Positions 50,446-62,790 of a stretch of 64,000 nucleotides of DNA are shown here, piece after piece. The stretch comes from Mobula hypostoma. Taxonomy: Eukaryota. The number at the start of each line of letters is the position of its first letter. The stretch's first letter is position 1. The stretch spans positions 32,242,001 through 32,306,000 of the forward strand of contig NC_086109.1 of assembly GCF_963921235.1 (NCBI RefSeq), read 5' to 3'. The translations under genes were made by a program, and so were the position numbers. The notes beneath the pieces were generated by a model. It saw nothing but the letters and a program-made list of their open reading frames with translations, had not been told where the DNA came from and searched no databases.

Positions 50446-51300
50446 TAGATAGATAGATAGGTAGATATACTTTATTGATCCCGAGGGAAATTGGGTTTCG
50501 TTACAGACGCACCAACCAAGAATAGAGCATAAATATAGCAATACAAAAACCACAAACAATCAACCAACACAATGCAAACTATGCCAGATGGAAATAAGTC
50601 CAGGACCAGCCTATTGGCTCAGGGTGTCTGACCCTGCACGGGAGTAGTTGCAAAGTTCGATGGCCACAGGCAGGAACAACCTCCCGTGAACCCCAGTGTT
50701 GTATCTCGGTGGAATATGGCCGGAGTCCAACAGCAAAAAGTTCAATATCCGGTCTATAAACACGTTCTTCGATCGTAATATGACCCGGATTGCACCATCT
50801 GTTGTTAACCAAAACAGTAAGCCCCCAACTCCTTTACGCTTACCAATCTCAGTGCACTTCCGGTCAACTTGAATGGTCTGGAAGCCGTCCATGGAAAAGT
50901 TTTGATCGGGTATGTCTCGTGCAGCCCCGTTCCAGTAAAACACCTAACACTGCACTCCCGAAATGTTCTCTGACTCCTGGCTAGCGCCGTGAACTCATCC
51001 ATTTTATTACCTACCGAACTCCTCTTCTCCCTAAGTCTCTGTTGTCTCAACCCTGTCCTCTTTCCTCGCCTTTGTGATCCCCCTCTGCATCCTGTGTGTG
51101 TTTTCCTCCTGATTTCAGCCGGGGTGTCCGCCGCTCTGCTCGCTAAACTGACCGGCATAAGCTCAATCAGCTGGTCCCTGGAATAAACAATGCGACCATG
51201 CTTCTGCCTTGCTAATGAGACGTGTCAGAATGTAACTATTTCCAGCGCTAAAAACCCAAATAAAACTCTCTCTACCAGCATTTTAGAGAGGGTGCAGCTT
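50446..51300 (-). mobile_element. Bipartite, internally deleted Rex1/Babar derivative
   Basis: APE endonuclease start (SVGNKMDEFTALARSQRTFRECSVRCFT...DIELFAVGLRPY) joined at about 50712 to the ORF end (PRYNTGVHGRLFLPVAIEL) and a (TCTA)n tail. Confidence 0.8.
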
Positions 51301-52424
51301 CACCCTCTAACTTCACACTAATTTTTGCTGTATTATATGCCCTCTTTTGCTTTTATGTTGGCTCTGACTTTCCTTGTCAGCCTCTTCTTTGGGGTACATC
51401 CATCCTGCGCCTTCCAAATTGCTTCCAGAAACTCCAGCCACTGCTACACCACCATCATGCTAGTGTTCCCTTCCAATCAATTTCGATCGGTCTTCTTTCA
51501 TGCCTCTATAATTCCCCTTACGCCACTATAATACTGACACATCCGACTTTAGCTTCTGTCTTTCAAATTGCAAGGCAAATTCCATCATATTATGATCATT
51601 GTTTTCTAATAGTTCCTTTACCTTAAGCTCCCTAATGATATCCAGTTCATTACACAATACCCAATCTAGAATTACTGATCCCCTAGTAGGCTCAATCACG
51701 AGCTGCTCTAAAAAGCCATCTCAGAGGCATTACACAAATTCTCTCTCGGGATCCACCATCAACTTGATTGTCTCAATCTATTTGCATATTGAAAGTTATT
51801 TCCTAATTATTTTACATGGCTAGGTGTAGCAAGTGAAAGATGCAAAAGAGCACTGAATATAAAGTCTGAAGAGTGGAAGAACCCAACAATCTAAGACCTT
51901 GAAGAAAATGATAGTTGTAGGACTATCATAAATGTTAACCGTAGAAAGGACCTGTGGGTAGGCAGAAAGCAGATCAAGTACACTGTTCAGATGCAGATGG
52001 ATAAATTGAACAGAAGTGCAGGGACTAAGTAAAAGGTCAGAGAATGTGAGACCAATAATGTTGTTAAATTAGACTGTTTAGTTAAAGGAGGAAAATGGGT
52101 GGTTTATGCAGTAGAGGCACAAGTCTTCAAGATATAGAACACTGGAAAACATTCATTAACGTAAGCCAAACTATACACATGGAAGGTCAGAATCTAAGGA
52201 AATGTATTCCTTTCTTGCTTTTTTTTTGGTGAGGGACAGTAGCTGATCCAAATGGTTTACAATACGGCAGACTTAAGGCTTCCGAGAAATTCTTTGCAGT
52301 ATTCCTTTCAGCAGACTGCTTGTCCTTGATAAGATTATTTCCATTCTTGACTCTAAGTGCTGAAGAATCCATGCATCTCGTGGTTATCAGCAAGCTCTTG
52401 GGCTTTGTGCACCCTTTCCACCCA

Positions 52425-53440
52425 TCATTTCAAGTTTGTTTATTACCATTCTTCAGTACACAAGTGCAAAGGAGAGCGAAATGACTATTACTTCAGATCC
52501 AATGCAGGATACAAAAGTATATTAAACATAATGAACACAATAAAAACAAAAATATAAGTATATAAGATAAGCTTACATACATGGAACAATTACATATACA
52601 TAAAGTGATGCTAACTATAGATGTATCTGTCTATAAGGTGACTCTGACAGAAAATTATAAAATGATGGTGGTGGAGATATGGAAGGGTGGGTTAATAGCT
52701 GGAGGTGTTGCTCAGCCTGATGACTTGGGAGAAGAAACAGTTTTTGCATCTGGTGGTCCTAGTGTGGATGTTGCATAGCCTCTTCCCTGATGGGAGTTGG
52801 ACAAACATTTGATGAACTGGGTGGGTGGAGTCCTCCATGATATGTCGCTTCTTTCCAGCATCTTTCTAGAAGCATGTCCTTGATGACAGGTAGACATTGG
52901 GCAGTTCTAACTATTTGCTGAAGAGCCCTCCTGTTCGTCTCAGAGCAGTTTCTATACCATGCAATAATGCAGCACGTTAAGATGCTCTCAAATATGCATC
53001 TGTAGAAGGTTGTGAGTACTTACCTGCACAGTCCAACTCTCTTCAGACTCCTCAGAAAATAGAAGCTTTGGTGAGCATTCTTGACTGTGGAGGATGGGTT
53101 CTGGAACCATGGGAGGTTGTGTGAGATGTGGACCCCCAGGAGTATGAAACTGCTTGCATTTTCCACCGCTGTGCTGCTGATGTAAACAGGGATGTGAGTG
53201 TGTGAGTTTTTCTGAAGTCGTTAACTATCTTCTTTGACTCATTGTCACCAGCCTGAAGCTCTACCACCTCCTCTCATGTAGGCCATCACATCATCGTTGG
53301 TGATGAGCCCAACTGTTGTCACGTCATTGTCAAACCTGACAATGTGATTGCTTGGGTGTTTGTGTGTGCAGTTATGTATGAACGGAGTGCATAGAAGTGG
53401 GCTCAGCACACAGCCCTGGAGGGCAACTGTGTTAAAGACA
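52425..53440 (-). mobile_element. Rex1/Babar LINE 3' fragment
   Basis: QGCVLSPLL...NHIVRFDNDVTTVGLI. Tail homologous to 1-135. Confidence 0.85.
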
Positions 53441-54687
53441 ATGGGGAGGGAAAAGTTCTTTGCTTTGAGTTTTCTGCTTGACATCAGTCTTCAGGTGACA
53501 GCAAAGATGTTTCTTTCCCTCCCCTTCCCCCCCCCCAATTATGAAGCTTTCAATCTTAGAACACCATACATTTGCAGTTAATTAGCTCCAGAATCCCCCT
53601 TTATCTAATCAAACCAATCTTGATCATTATGGTGGACATTTGCTTTAAGGTACTATTGCTAGCCATGATCTTTATCATCACATTAATCTGATGAAATAAA
53701 ATATTGCAAGATCAGGACCTCAAATCAGGCACAGTACTTGGGGTTTATTGGGAAGTAGAAATCCACATCCTCCTATCTGCTTCTGGCACAGATCATTTAC
53801 AGCAGGCATATTAAATGAATTATCTCCACAAAAGTTTTTCAAGCTCACTGGCAGGACAAACAAACCAACATAAGTGTCATGACCCAGGCCTGTAGTCATA
53901 ACCTACACATAGCCAGCTATGATTAACATGCTCAGCCTCAGACTTCTAAATCCAACACACTGTTCTGCGCTCCATCACGACATTACAAGATTGACAGGAA
54001 AATTTTCAAGGACGTTGTCACAGCTTCCTTGGAAATGTGTATCATCACCAATGGCATGAAATTCCCTGTGTTTTAATTGCTTCATATGAAGGAGCAGCAA
54101 TCATAATGGCACTGAAAACTTCAGGTCAATTTCATAAGCTTCACCTTAGTAAGGGAAGGAGGGTATCAACTCCCAACCTTTCCACTTGCTTGGTTTATCC
54201 AGCACCTGCAGTCCACATCAGGCATCTCAGAACTAGAGTGAAAATATGTCATCATTAAAATAAAAGATGCTTCGAATGCAACCACTTGATTGTAAAATGC
54301 CTAAGGCACTGAGAAAACACACAAAAAAAACCACCATCAAAACAGTAGTTCTTATTGGACAGATATTAAAAAAAAGACTGCTTGGGAGTAGAACTGAGGC
54401 AGCAGATGGTGTTGCTGAAGTTGGTGTACAGGTGATATGTTGCAGTGCAGACCCAAGGAGAGGGCATAATCAGTCAAGAATTATGTTGAGAGAGAAACCG
54501 AAACCATTTCTAATTTTATTTTTAAGCTATTCTTCTTTCTCGGCACAAACAGCATGCCCCTCCCAGACAAATAATGGTACAACACCAGCAATTCTCCATA
54601 GAAATTTGCAAATCTCATAAAAATCCACAGGCCACAACACCAAGAGTTAAATTAGAGACAGATTTATTGGCTTGTCTGATAAAATAT

Positions 54688-55033
54688 TGTGGCGAGTACT
54701 TGGTCCATAATGACAGGCGAGGAAGCTCTTTAACTCAACAACAGTTTTATTGTGATAGACACAAACAGACCAGGCACCATGACTTGGAGAGTGAACCCAA
54801 CCAGTCTCACACGATCGGGGAGGTAACCATCACACACCCTGGTTACATTTAGGGTGACCCAGAAATACACAAGCAAATAACTGTATAACCCAAGCTAAAA
54901 TGTAACAATAAACGAACTGGAACTTCCCACCGTAATCCCACAAAAGCATTTTTAACACAAGAACAATAAACAGTATTGGTCATTAGAAATGCAGGGGCGG
55001 GCTGTCAACCACACCCCCACTCAGAACGTCACA
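54688..55033 (-). mobile_element. Solo LTR (346 bp)
   Basis: TGTGGCG...CGTCACA termini, 4-bp TSD ATAT at 54684-54687 and 55034-55037. A minus-strand AATAAA about 60 bp from the left end suggests the orientation. Confidence 0.75.
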
Positions 55034-55168
55034 ATATTTTCAACCTGAGATGTTAACCACTTCTTTTTGCACAGATGTTGCTGACCTACTGAGTTTCACC
55101 ATCATTTTCTGTGTTTTATTAAAGTTCATTTACTTGGTCAGCTGGCTGGATGGATGAGTACTCTAGTT

Positions 55169-56383
55169 CAGGGATCCCCAACCTTTTTTGCACTGCGGAC
55201 CGGTTTCATATTGACAATATTCTTGCGGACCAGCCGACCGGGGGGTGGTGGTAGGGTTGCCAACAGACAAAAGTAGCAGTCAAATACGTTGGGTTTACCC
55301 AGAGAAAGACTACAATGACCATGAAGCCTTGTGCGGGCACAAGTGCGCATGCATAACTTGCGCATTCGTGTACGTGCCGATTTTTTTCCACAAATCACTT
55401 TTGCCGATTCTGTTCGGGGCGGGGAGGGGGGTGTTAATCACGACCAGAATATAGGTGATAAGTGGCTAATACACTCAATTTCGTTTCTAAAAGGGTTTAT
55501 CTAACGAATTTAATATTAAACACATAGTGCATATTTTCCTCGCATGAATATAGCGATAAGTCAATTATCAGGGGAGGCCAGGGGAGCTTGAAGTAAGTGT
55601 TGAAAGAACTGCCAGTAGAAGTGGTAGAGGCAGGTTCGATATTATCACTTAAAGAAAAATTGGATAGATATATGGACAGGAAAGGAATGGAGGGTTATGG
55701 GCTGAGTGCAGGTCGGTGGGACTAGGTGAGAGTAGCGTTTGGCACAGACTAGAAGGGCAGAGATCACCTGTTTCCGTGCTGTAATTGTTATATGGTGATA
55801 TGGTTATATAAGCCAATAGCATCATAACATTTGGATATTAAACACACAACACATATTTTCCCCGTATGAACATATAAAATCATTGCAACACACCAGTATC
55901 GCTGAAACAGTGGGAGCCCTGGGATTGTTTTCCTGCAACAAGACTGTCCCATCGAGGGGTGATGAGAGACAGCGATACTCGAACGGGGTTCCTTATGTCC
56001 AGTCTATTCCGCAATTTAGTTTTCGTTGCATTCATTGCAGAAAACTCCGCTTCACAGCAATATGATGTTGGAAATGGAAGCAACGTTTTTAGTGCTTTTG
56101 TAGCTATCTCAGGATATTTAGCCTTGACTTTGATCCAGAATGCCGGCAGAGATGTTATATCAAACATACTTCTCAGCCCGCCGTCATTTGCAATCTCGAG
56201 GAGTTGATCTCCTTCCCGCGCTGAAGTGGATGATGCGCGGGTAATGACCTCGCGTGCATTCAAGCTCAACAGTGGGCGTGACAGGGAATGAGGAAAGGTG
56301 CCGCTGACTCATATCGCCAAATCATATCGTTTCCTCGTGGCCCGGTAGCGCATGCTTCGCGGCCCGGTGGTTGGGGACCGCTG
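55169..56383 (-). mobile_element. Non-autonomous hAT (Charlie/Buster) carrying a CR1 3'-tail fragment
   Basis: TIR CAGGGATCCCCAACC / GGTTGGGGACCGCTG and perfect 8-bp TSD CTCTAGTT (55161-55168, 56384-56391). hATC remnant in ORF 55880..56269. Segment about 55600-55810 matches the CR1 tail at 37190-37387. Confidence 0.93.
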
Positions 56384-57821
56384 CTCTAGTTTTTGTGTGT
56401 GTGTTTTTAAAAGTTCGAGAAAGATCCTCAATCTGAATACTGCAAGTAGGCCTTTGGGAAGCATACTGTATAGGCCAATCTTACGTCTAGTCCTGTGTGT
56501 ACCAATTCTGGCTTTGAGTGATCAAAAGAAGGACTTCCCACACATTTCAGGGAAGGTTATTTTGCAATGAAATCCGAACCTGTTATCAAAGTCCCTACTA
56601 GTCTTCTAAGGTGTTCAGTGCCACTAAATATATGTTCAAGCAAGTCATCCTCTACATTTATTTCCTCCAAGCTGTATTTCTCTCTGTGATTTTTTTGTAT
56701 GCCAAAGATCATTTTTGTCATAATACCGAAGATTACTAAGAGCTCAAATTTCATATCGTTGCAAGGGCACCAGAGAGGTTGCATTGCAAAGAATTTAAGG
56801 TATCAGAAAACTGTGTCAAGGAACATTGTGACTACTTAAATGGTGAGTATTTTACACCACTTACAATAGACTGATGCAGCAAGCATGGTAAAATGAATCA
56901 GCAGTCAGAGCTAGAACCAAAATAGCATGCCAGGGGCTTTCTGTAAAATGAGGCTTATAGCAAATCAAGTAAAAGTCACAGGATCTGAGGGGAGAAAAAA
57001 GAGCTGGAAAAACCCAATCTGAAAATTACACCAAGAAGTTAAGCGCAGACTCAAGACAGGAGTAGACCTTCAGAAAATTTATTATTTTGAGAAATTTGTA
57101 ACATTGAGCGAAAATTATGGAATACAATTTTGCTTCTCTGTATTAAATTACAATTTTTCTGATAAGTCTTTGCAAGTAAAATAATGTAAAGAAAATAGAC
57201 AATTTAGTAAAATTACTTTTACTGAAATTTTGCAATAGCCCAGTGAACTGATGAATATTTACTGATCTAAGACATGCATGTTGAACTTGCTTTAAGGAAC
57301 ACAAGTAAAGGTGAAGGCAGAGGTGCCATTAAAAATAAAGCTAAATAGTCATCTTTCTCTCATAGAGCTTCCTTTTATAATAATCAGGAAAGGTAGTTGC
57401 TGGCTAAAAATGGGAGCAGTGGGATGGGGGGGCGGGGCAGGGGCAGAAAACAACATTGTCATTTGACTAAGAGGGGAATATTGTCTGCATGGGGATAGAA
57501 GAATTACTGCAAATCATTAAAGTTCACTCAAGAAGAAAAAAATCATAACTGTTAGCAGTGTTATATTTCCCTCCTTCCTAGAAAATGTGTATTTATAAGT
57601 CTATTTGCTGTCCCATTAAGTTTGTACATTGTACAAATACAGTTTTACTCACTGCATACATATAAATACAAAAATGCAGTCCATCAATACCCATTCCTAA
57701 AGTTAATTTCCAACCACAAAACAATATAATGAATCAATTCAGCTTCAGTGCAAACCAAGTGCATACAATATTCAGAGTGGACTTCCACAGTCCAACCACA
57801 CACACTCTGAATCTGTTGGGC

Positions 57822-57977
57822 AAATCCAAAGTTAAACGTATCAGGTCAGTTTTGTACGATTCTGGATCTGGTCTTTGCCTTCCATGGATCCATGAAAATC
57901 CAAAGTTAACTGTATCAGGTCAGTTTTGTATGATTCTGGATCTGGTCTTTGCCTTCCATGGATCCATGAACATCCAA
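57822..57977. repeat. Near-perfect 74-bp tandem duplication
   Basis: aaatccaaagttaa...ccatggatccatga occurs twice with 3 differences. Confidence 0.95.
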
Positions 57978-58967
57978 TAGAAAGCAATTTCCAGGAGTCC
58001 AGTCTCAATGCCCGGTTTTTCCATCTGATACCCCAAAGCTGTTTCCAGTCTCAGCTACTCCTTGTTGCCACATCCATGACTGTGAATTCACCTGTTTGGG
58101 AAGTGCAGAGGGACATGGCAGGTTTCTAAGAAGCACATTCTCTCTAAGACCCAATCATAAAAATTGGGAAACTTGCACATATGTTTGAAAATGGCTCACT
58201 ATCTAATTATCCTTACAGCTGGATTTCTCACCAGAGCTGTAATGCCTTTTCAGGAGAGCTTTAATCTTGCTTTTATTCAAGTGAATAGATCCTAAAATAT
58301 CTGATGGCTATTTCTGCTCTTTCATAAAATGTGCAGGTTAGTACTTTCCATTTTCATATAAATTGACCGTGGGTTTGGACGGATAATGCAAAGTGTTTCA
58401 CTGTCCGTATATTTGGCCCCCAGGACTTGATATCTGAGCAATGAACGCTTGAAAAACGCTCTCTGTATAGTAAAACTGACATTTTCTATTATTTTGGCAA
58501 ATAACTCTTTCGATATACAAACGTTTGTAAATAATTACTTTGCTGTTGTATCCGCTCAATGTGTATCACTAGCAAAACTTGTCAGAATAACTTTCAAACC
58601 AACCTTTATCTCATCTTTTTGCTCAGTATTTCACCACAGCCCCTTATTATGATAGGTCAGCTGTTAAAAATATGTTATACCATTTCATGACCAAAAGTTG
58701 TTCTGGATTCATAACTGATGTCAATTTAATACAATAGCTTAAAATGCTACTGAGAGAAAAAAGTACCCATCAGTTTTCCCCCTCTCACCCAACACAAATT
58801 TCTAAATATCCAAAATAAGGTTGGGGAAAACCAAATCAAACATTGTGCATTTATTTAGAATATCCACTGAATTGTTTTAAGACAATAACAGGTTCTTTAA
58901 ATGTATCATTTGTCCAAAAAGCTTAATGAATTCATAAAGATACTCTTTCCAAAGTTTTCCAACATAC

Positions 58968-59337
58968 TATATTTGTAAATTTGGAAGGAACAAAGGATGT
59001 TGGGAATGATGAGGGTGGGGTGCCACAGAGGGGTGTGGGACAGGTGGCAGAGAAAGTGTTCCGGGAGGGGGGGAACGGGGACTGAAGGTGCAGACACACC
59101 CAGCCCTGAGACAGCAGGCAAAGTCATCTGATTCCAAATGATCGGTTTAGTGGGAAGGGGGCCCTCTGCCCCCTTCCCACTATCAGTCACCACCACCCAC
59201 ATCAGAATCAGGTTTACCGTCACATATGTCATGAAATTTGATTTTTTTGTGGTAGCAGTACAATACATAAAATAACTGCAGTACTGTACAAAAGTCTTAG
59301 GCACCCTACACATGCCTAAAACTTTTGCACAATACTG
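58968..59337. mobile_element. Composite repeat: body shared with 826-1035, a LINE-tail piece, and a mini Tc1-type fold-back (59279-59337)
   Basis: CAGTACTGTACAAAAGTCTTAGGCA ... TGCCTAAAACTTTTGCACAATACTG. The body shares ggtgcagacacac..cagccctgagaca..aggcaa.gtc with the first copy. Confidence 0.7.
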
Positions 59338-59542
59338 TCTATCAGGTCTTGCAGAACCGCAGATGTGAGGGTCCTTTTTTCCCTCACCTGTTCTGTTTAC
59401 CTCACATGCAACAAAACATGTTAAGCCATTGTCCATATTCATTGGCTTGCAATGATCCTGAAAAAGGAGTGCTTCAATTTTAAAATTCTCATCCTCTATT
59501 GGCCTAAACCATGAAGACATTAAAAAATCAGAATATTCTTAT

Positions 59543-62385
59543 AGAATCAGAATCCAGTTTAATATCCGGCATATGTCATGAAATTTGTTATTTTGTAGCA
59601 GCAGTACATTGCAATACAAAGTAATAAAATTATAAATTAGAACAAAAGTATATTTTTTACATAAATTAAATTAGTGCAAAAGGAGCAGGAAAAGATACTG
59701 AGAAAGTGTTCATGGGTTCATTGTCCATTCAGAAATCTCATGGCGGAGGGGCAGAAGCTGCTCATGAAACATCAAGCATGTGTCTCTAGCGCCAGTACCT
59801 TCTGCTTGATGGTAGCAATGAGGAGAGAGTAATGGGGGTCCTTAATGATGGATGCTGCCTTTCTTAGATATCTCCTTTTGAAGGTGTCCTGGATGCTGGG
59901 GAGGCTAGTGCCCATGATGGGACTGGCTGAGTTTAGCAGTGGCCCCTTCATACTAGTTGATGATTCAACTAGCTCTCCATGGCACCTCTGTAGAAATTTG
60001 TATCTTTGGTGACATAGTAATTCTCCTCAAACTCCTAATGAAATATAGCAGCTGTTATGCCTTCTTTGTAATTACATCAATATGTTGGCTCAGGATAGAT
60101 CTTCAGAGATGTTGACACCCAGAACTTGAAACTGCTCACCCTTTCAACTTTTGATCCCTCGATGAGGGCTGGTGTGTATTCTCTCAACTTACCATTCCCA
60201 AGTTCACAATAATTTCTTTGGTCTTGCTGACATTGAGTTGCTGCTGTGACAACACTCAACCAGCTGATTTATCTGGCTCCTGTATACCTCCTCATTACCA
60301 TTTGAAATTCTGTCAGCAATAGTTGTGTCTTCAGCAAATTTATAGATGGCCACACAGTAGAGAGAACAGAGCAGCAGGCTAAGCACGCATAGTTGAGGAA
60401 CGCCAATGTTGATGTCAGCAAGGAGTTGTTAGTTTTGATCAGCAAAGACTGTGATCTACCAGTGAGGAAGTCAAGGGTCCAGGTGCAGAAGGAGGTACAA
60501 AGGCCCAGGCTTTGGAGGTTTTTTTAAAATTAGAACTGAGGGTATGATTGTGTTGAATGCTGAGCTGAACTCAATAAAAGGTAGCCAGATCTAAGTACTA
60601 CTATTATTCAGGTCATCCAAGGCCGAGTGAAGAACCAGTGAATTAGCATCCACTGCAGACCTATTGTGGCGATAAGCAAATTGGAGCAGGTCCAGGACTT
60701 TGCTCAAGACAGGAGTTTATTCCAACCACGACCAACCTCTCAAAGCACTTCATCACTGTGGGTACTGTAGCTCATCCTGCTCTTCTTGGGCACTGGTATG
60801 ATTTTCACCCTTTTGAAGTGGTTGGGAACCTCCAAATGCAGCATTAAGAGATTGAAGATGTCCTTGAACACTCCTCGTCAGTTGATTGGCACCGGTTTTC
60901 AGAATCTACCAGGTACAACAGCAAGGCCTGATGCCTAGCGAGAGTTCATCCTTCAGAAAGATGTTCTGACTTCGGCCTCTGAGACAGAAATCACTGGATC
61001 ACCAAATGCTGCAGGGATTCGCAGATGTTGTTTTATTCTCCCTTTCAAAGAGTGCATAAAATGTATTGAGCTCATCTGGGAGTGAAAGCATCACTGCCAT
61101 TCATGATGTTAGGTTTTGCTTTGTAGAAAGTAATGCCCTGCAAACTCTTCCAGAGCTGATATGCGTCTGATTCTATTTCTAACCTCATTTGGAATTGTTT
61201 TTTATTGCTCTTAAGATAGCCTTTCCTAGGTCGTACCTGGACATTTTGTATAATGCTGGATCATCAGTCTTTAATGCCACAGATCTAGCCTCCGGTTCAC
61301 TACAAATCTGCTGGTTCATCCATGGCTTTTGATTTGGGTATGTTCAGTCTGTTCTCGAAACCGCAAACTCATCCACACAAGTTGAATCTCTGAATATTGT
61401 CCATTCTACCAACTCAAAGCAGCTCTGTAAGCACTCCTCCACCTCCCTTGACCATACCTTCTTGGTCCTGCTGTAGTCTTTAGTCTGATAATACGCTGTG
61501 AGTAGAAGTACAGCCAGGTGATCAGACTTTCCAAAGTCTGGGCGTGGAATGGCACAGTAAGCATTCTTGATGATGGTATAACAGTAGTCAAGTGTGTTGG
61601 TTCTTCTGGTTCCGCAGGTCATATGTTGGTGGTAGTTGTTCAGAGATACATCCTTTCAAGTTGGCCTAGATGAAATCTCCCGTAATGAAACAGAAAACAT
61701 TAGGGTATGCAGTTTGTGCCAGCTGATTACATTGCTCAGAGCCTGCCTGATATTGGCCTAAGCTGGAATGTACACCACGACAAGAATGACAGCAGAAAAC
61801 TCCCTCAGCATATAAAATGGTTGGCATTTGACTGTCAGATGTTCCAGGTGAGGTGAGCAGGTCTGAGCCAGAACCGCCACATTTGTGCACCATGATGAGT
61901 TCATCATAAAGTATACTCCACCTCCTCTGCATTTAAAAGACTCCACTGTCCTGTCTTTGCTGAGAATCAGGAAGCCACCGAGCTGTGCACTGCATCCGAA
62001 ATGGCAGGTATGAGCCAGGTTTCATAAAGCAAAGTACACAGCAGTCCCCGGTGTCCCTCTGGTACAGTAATCTTGCTCTAAGGTCTTCAATTTTATTTTC
62101 CAGAAACTGTACATTCGTCAGCAGAATAGTTGGGAGTGGAAGTCTAAGGCCTCTGTGTTTCAACTGATCTTATAGGTTGGTACAGCATCCCCACTTCCCC
62201 TTTCTTAAGGGGAACTGCACTCGCAACCCAAATCTGTTATCCGAGTTTCATCGATTTTGCGTATCAATAGATTTTTTAAACATCTTGACAGGATATTATG
62301 ATTGTGGATTTCAGCTGTAGTAGTCCTAAACAGGAATATTTGATGATTCCCACCAGAACCGCGCGCAGTTGCCCCTTAATGGCGC
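59543..62385 (-). mobile_element. Near full-span decayed Rex1/Babar LINE
   Basis: APE remnants LPTILLTNVQFLENKIEDLRARLLYQRD, RGGGVYFM, TLDYCY..FGKSDH. RT remnant YKFAEDTTI. (CTGATT) tail. Confidence 0.88.
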
Positions 62386-62713
62386 CAACTAGTCTTGTGA
62401 CAGAGAACAGGCTAATCATCAAGCACTCATTTACTCAAATCCCATTTTATGTTTCCTACATTCCCCCAATTCTCCATTAATTCTCATGTATGCATGAGAT
62501 ATGATTACTTTAAATGGAGACCAAGAACAATTGAAACATTTTTTTTCTGCAATTCTCTTTCTTAACGCTTTCAATTTGCCCTCCTGATAGTAACAGACTC
62601 ACTACTCTCCAAAGCCTTTCCCTCTCTATTACATTAACCTCAATCTCTGACTCTCCTGAAATCATACCTATCTCTGAACAATAAACCAAGGGCTATGCCT
62701 AAATATCTTATCC

Positions 62714-62790
62714 ACACACAAAAAATGCTGGTGTTCCTCCAGCATCTTGTGTGTTTGGATCCAAGTTCCCAGCATCTGCAGTCTCTCATG
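62714..62790. mobile_element. Minimal inverted Penelope-like pLTR hairpin
   Basis: acacacaaaaaatgctgg / ccagcatcttgtgtgt followed by tail ttcccagcatctgcag. Confidence 0.65.

Larger units (their letters stand above)
48327..51800 (-). mobile_element. CR1 LINE sequence interrupted by a SINE (49561-49860) and a Rex1/Babar derivative (50446-51300)
   Basis: SGVPQGSVLGP, KCADDTK, DFSKAFDKVPH. Tail seen as tagaaacatagaaa on the plus strand. The portion beyond 50250 may be a separate copy. Confidence 0.85.

Noticed and set aside
58330..58660. Slightly CpG-rich segment with a short open frame on the minus strand
   Set aside because: No recognisable domain, splice pair or terminal repeats.
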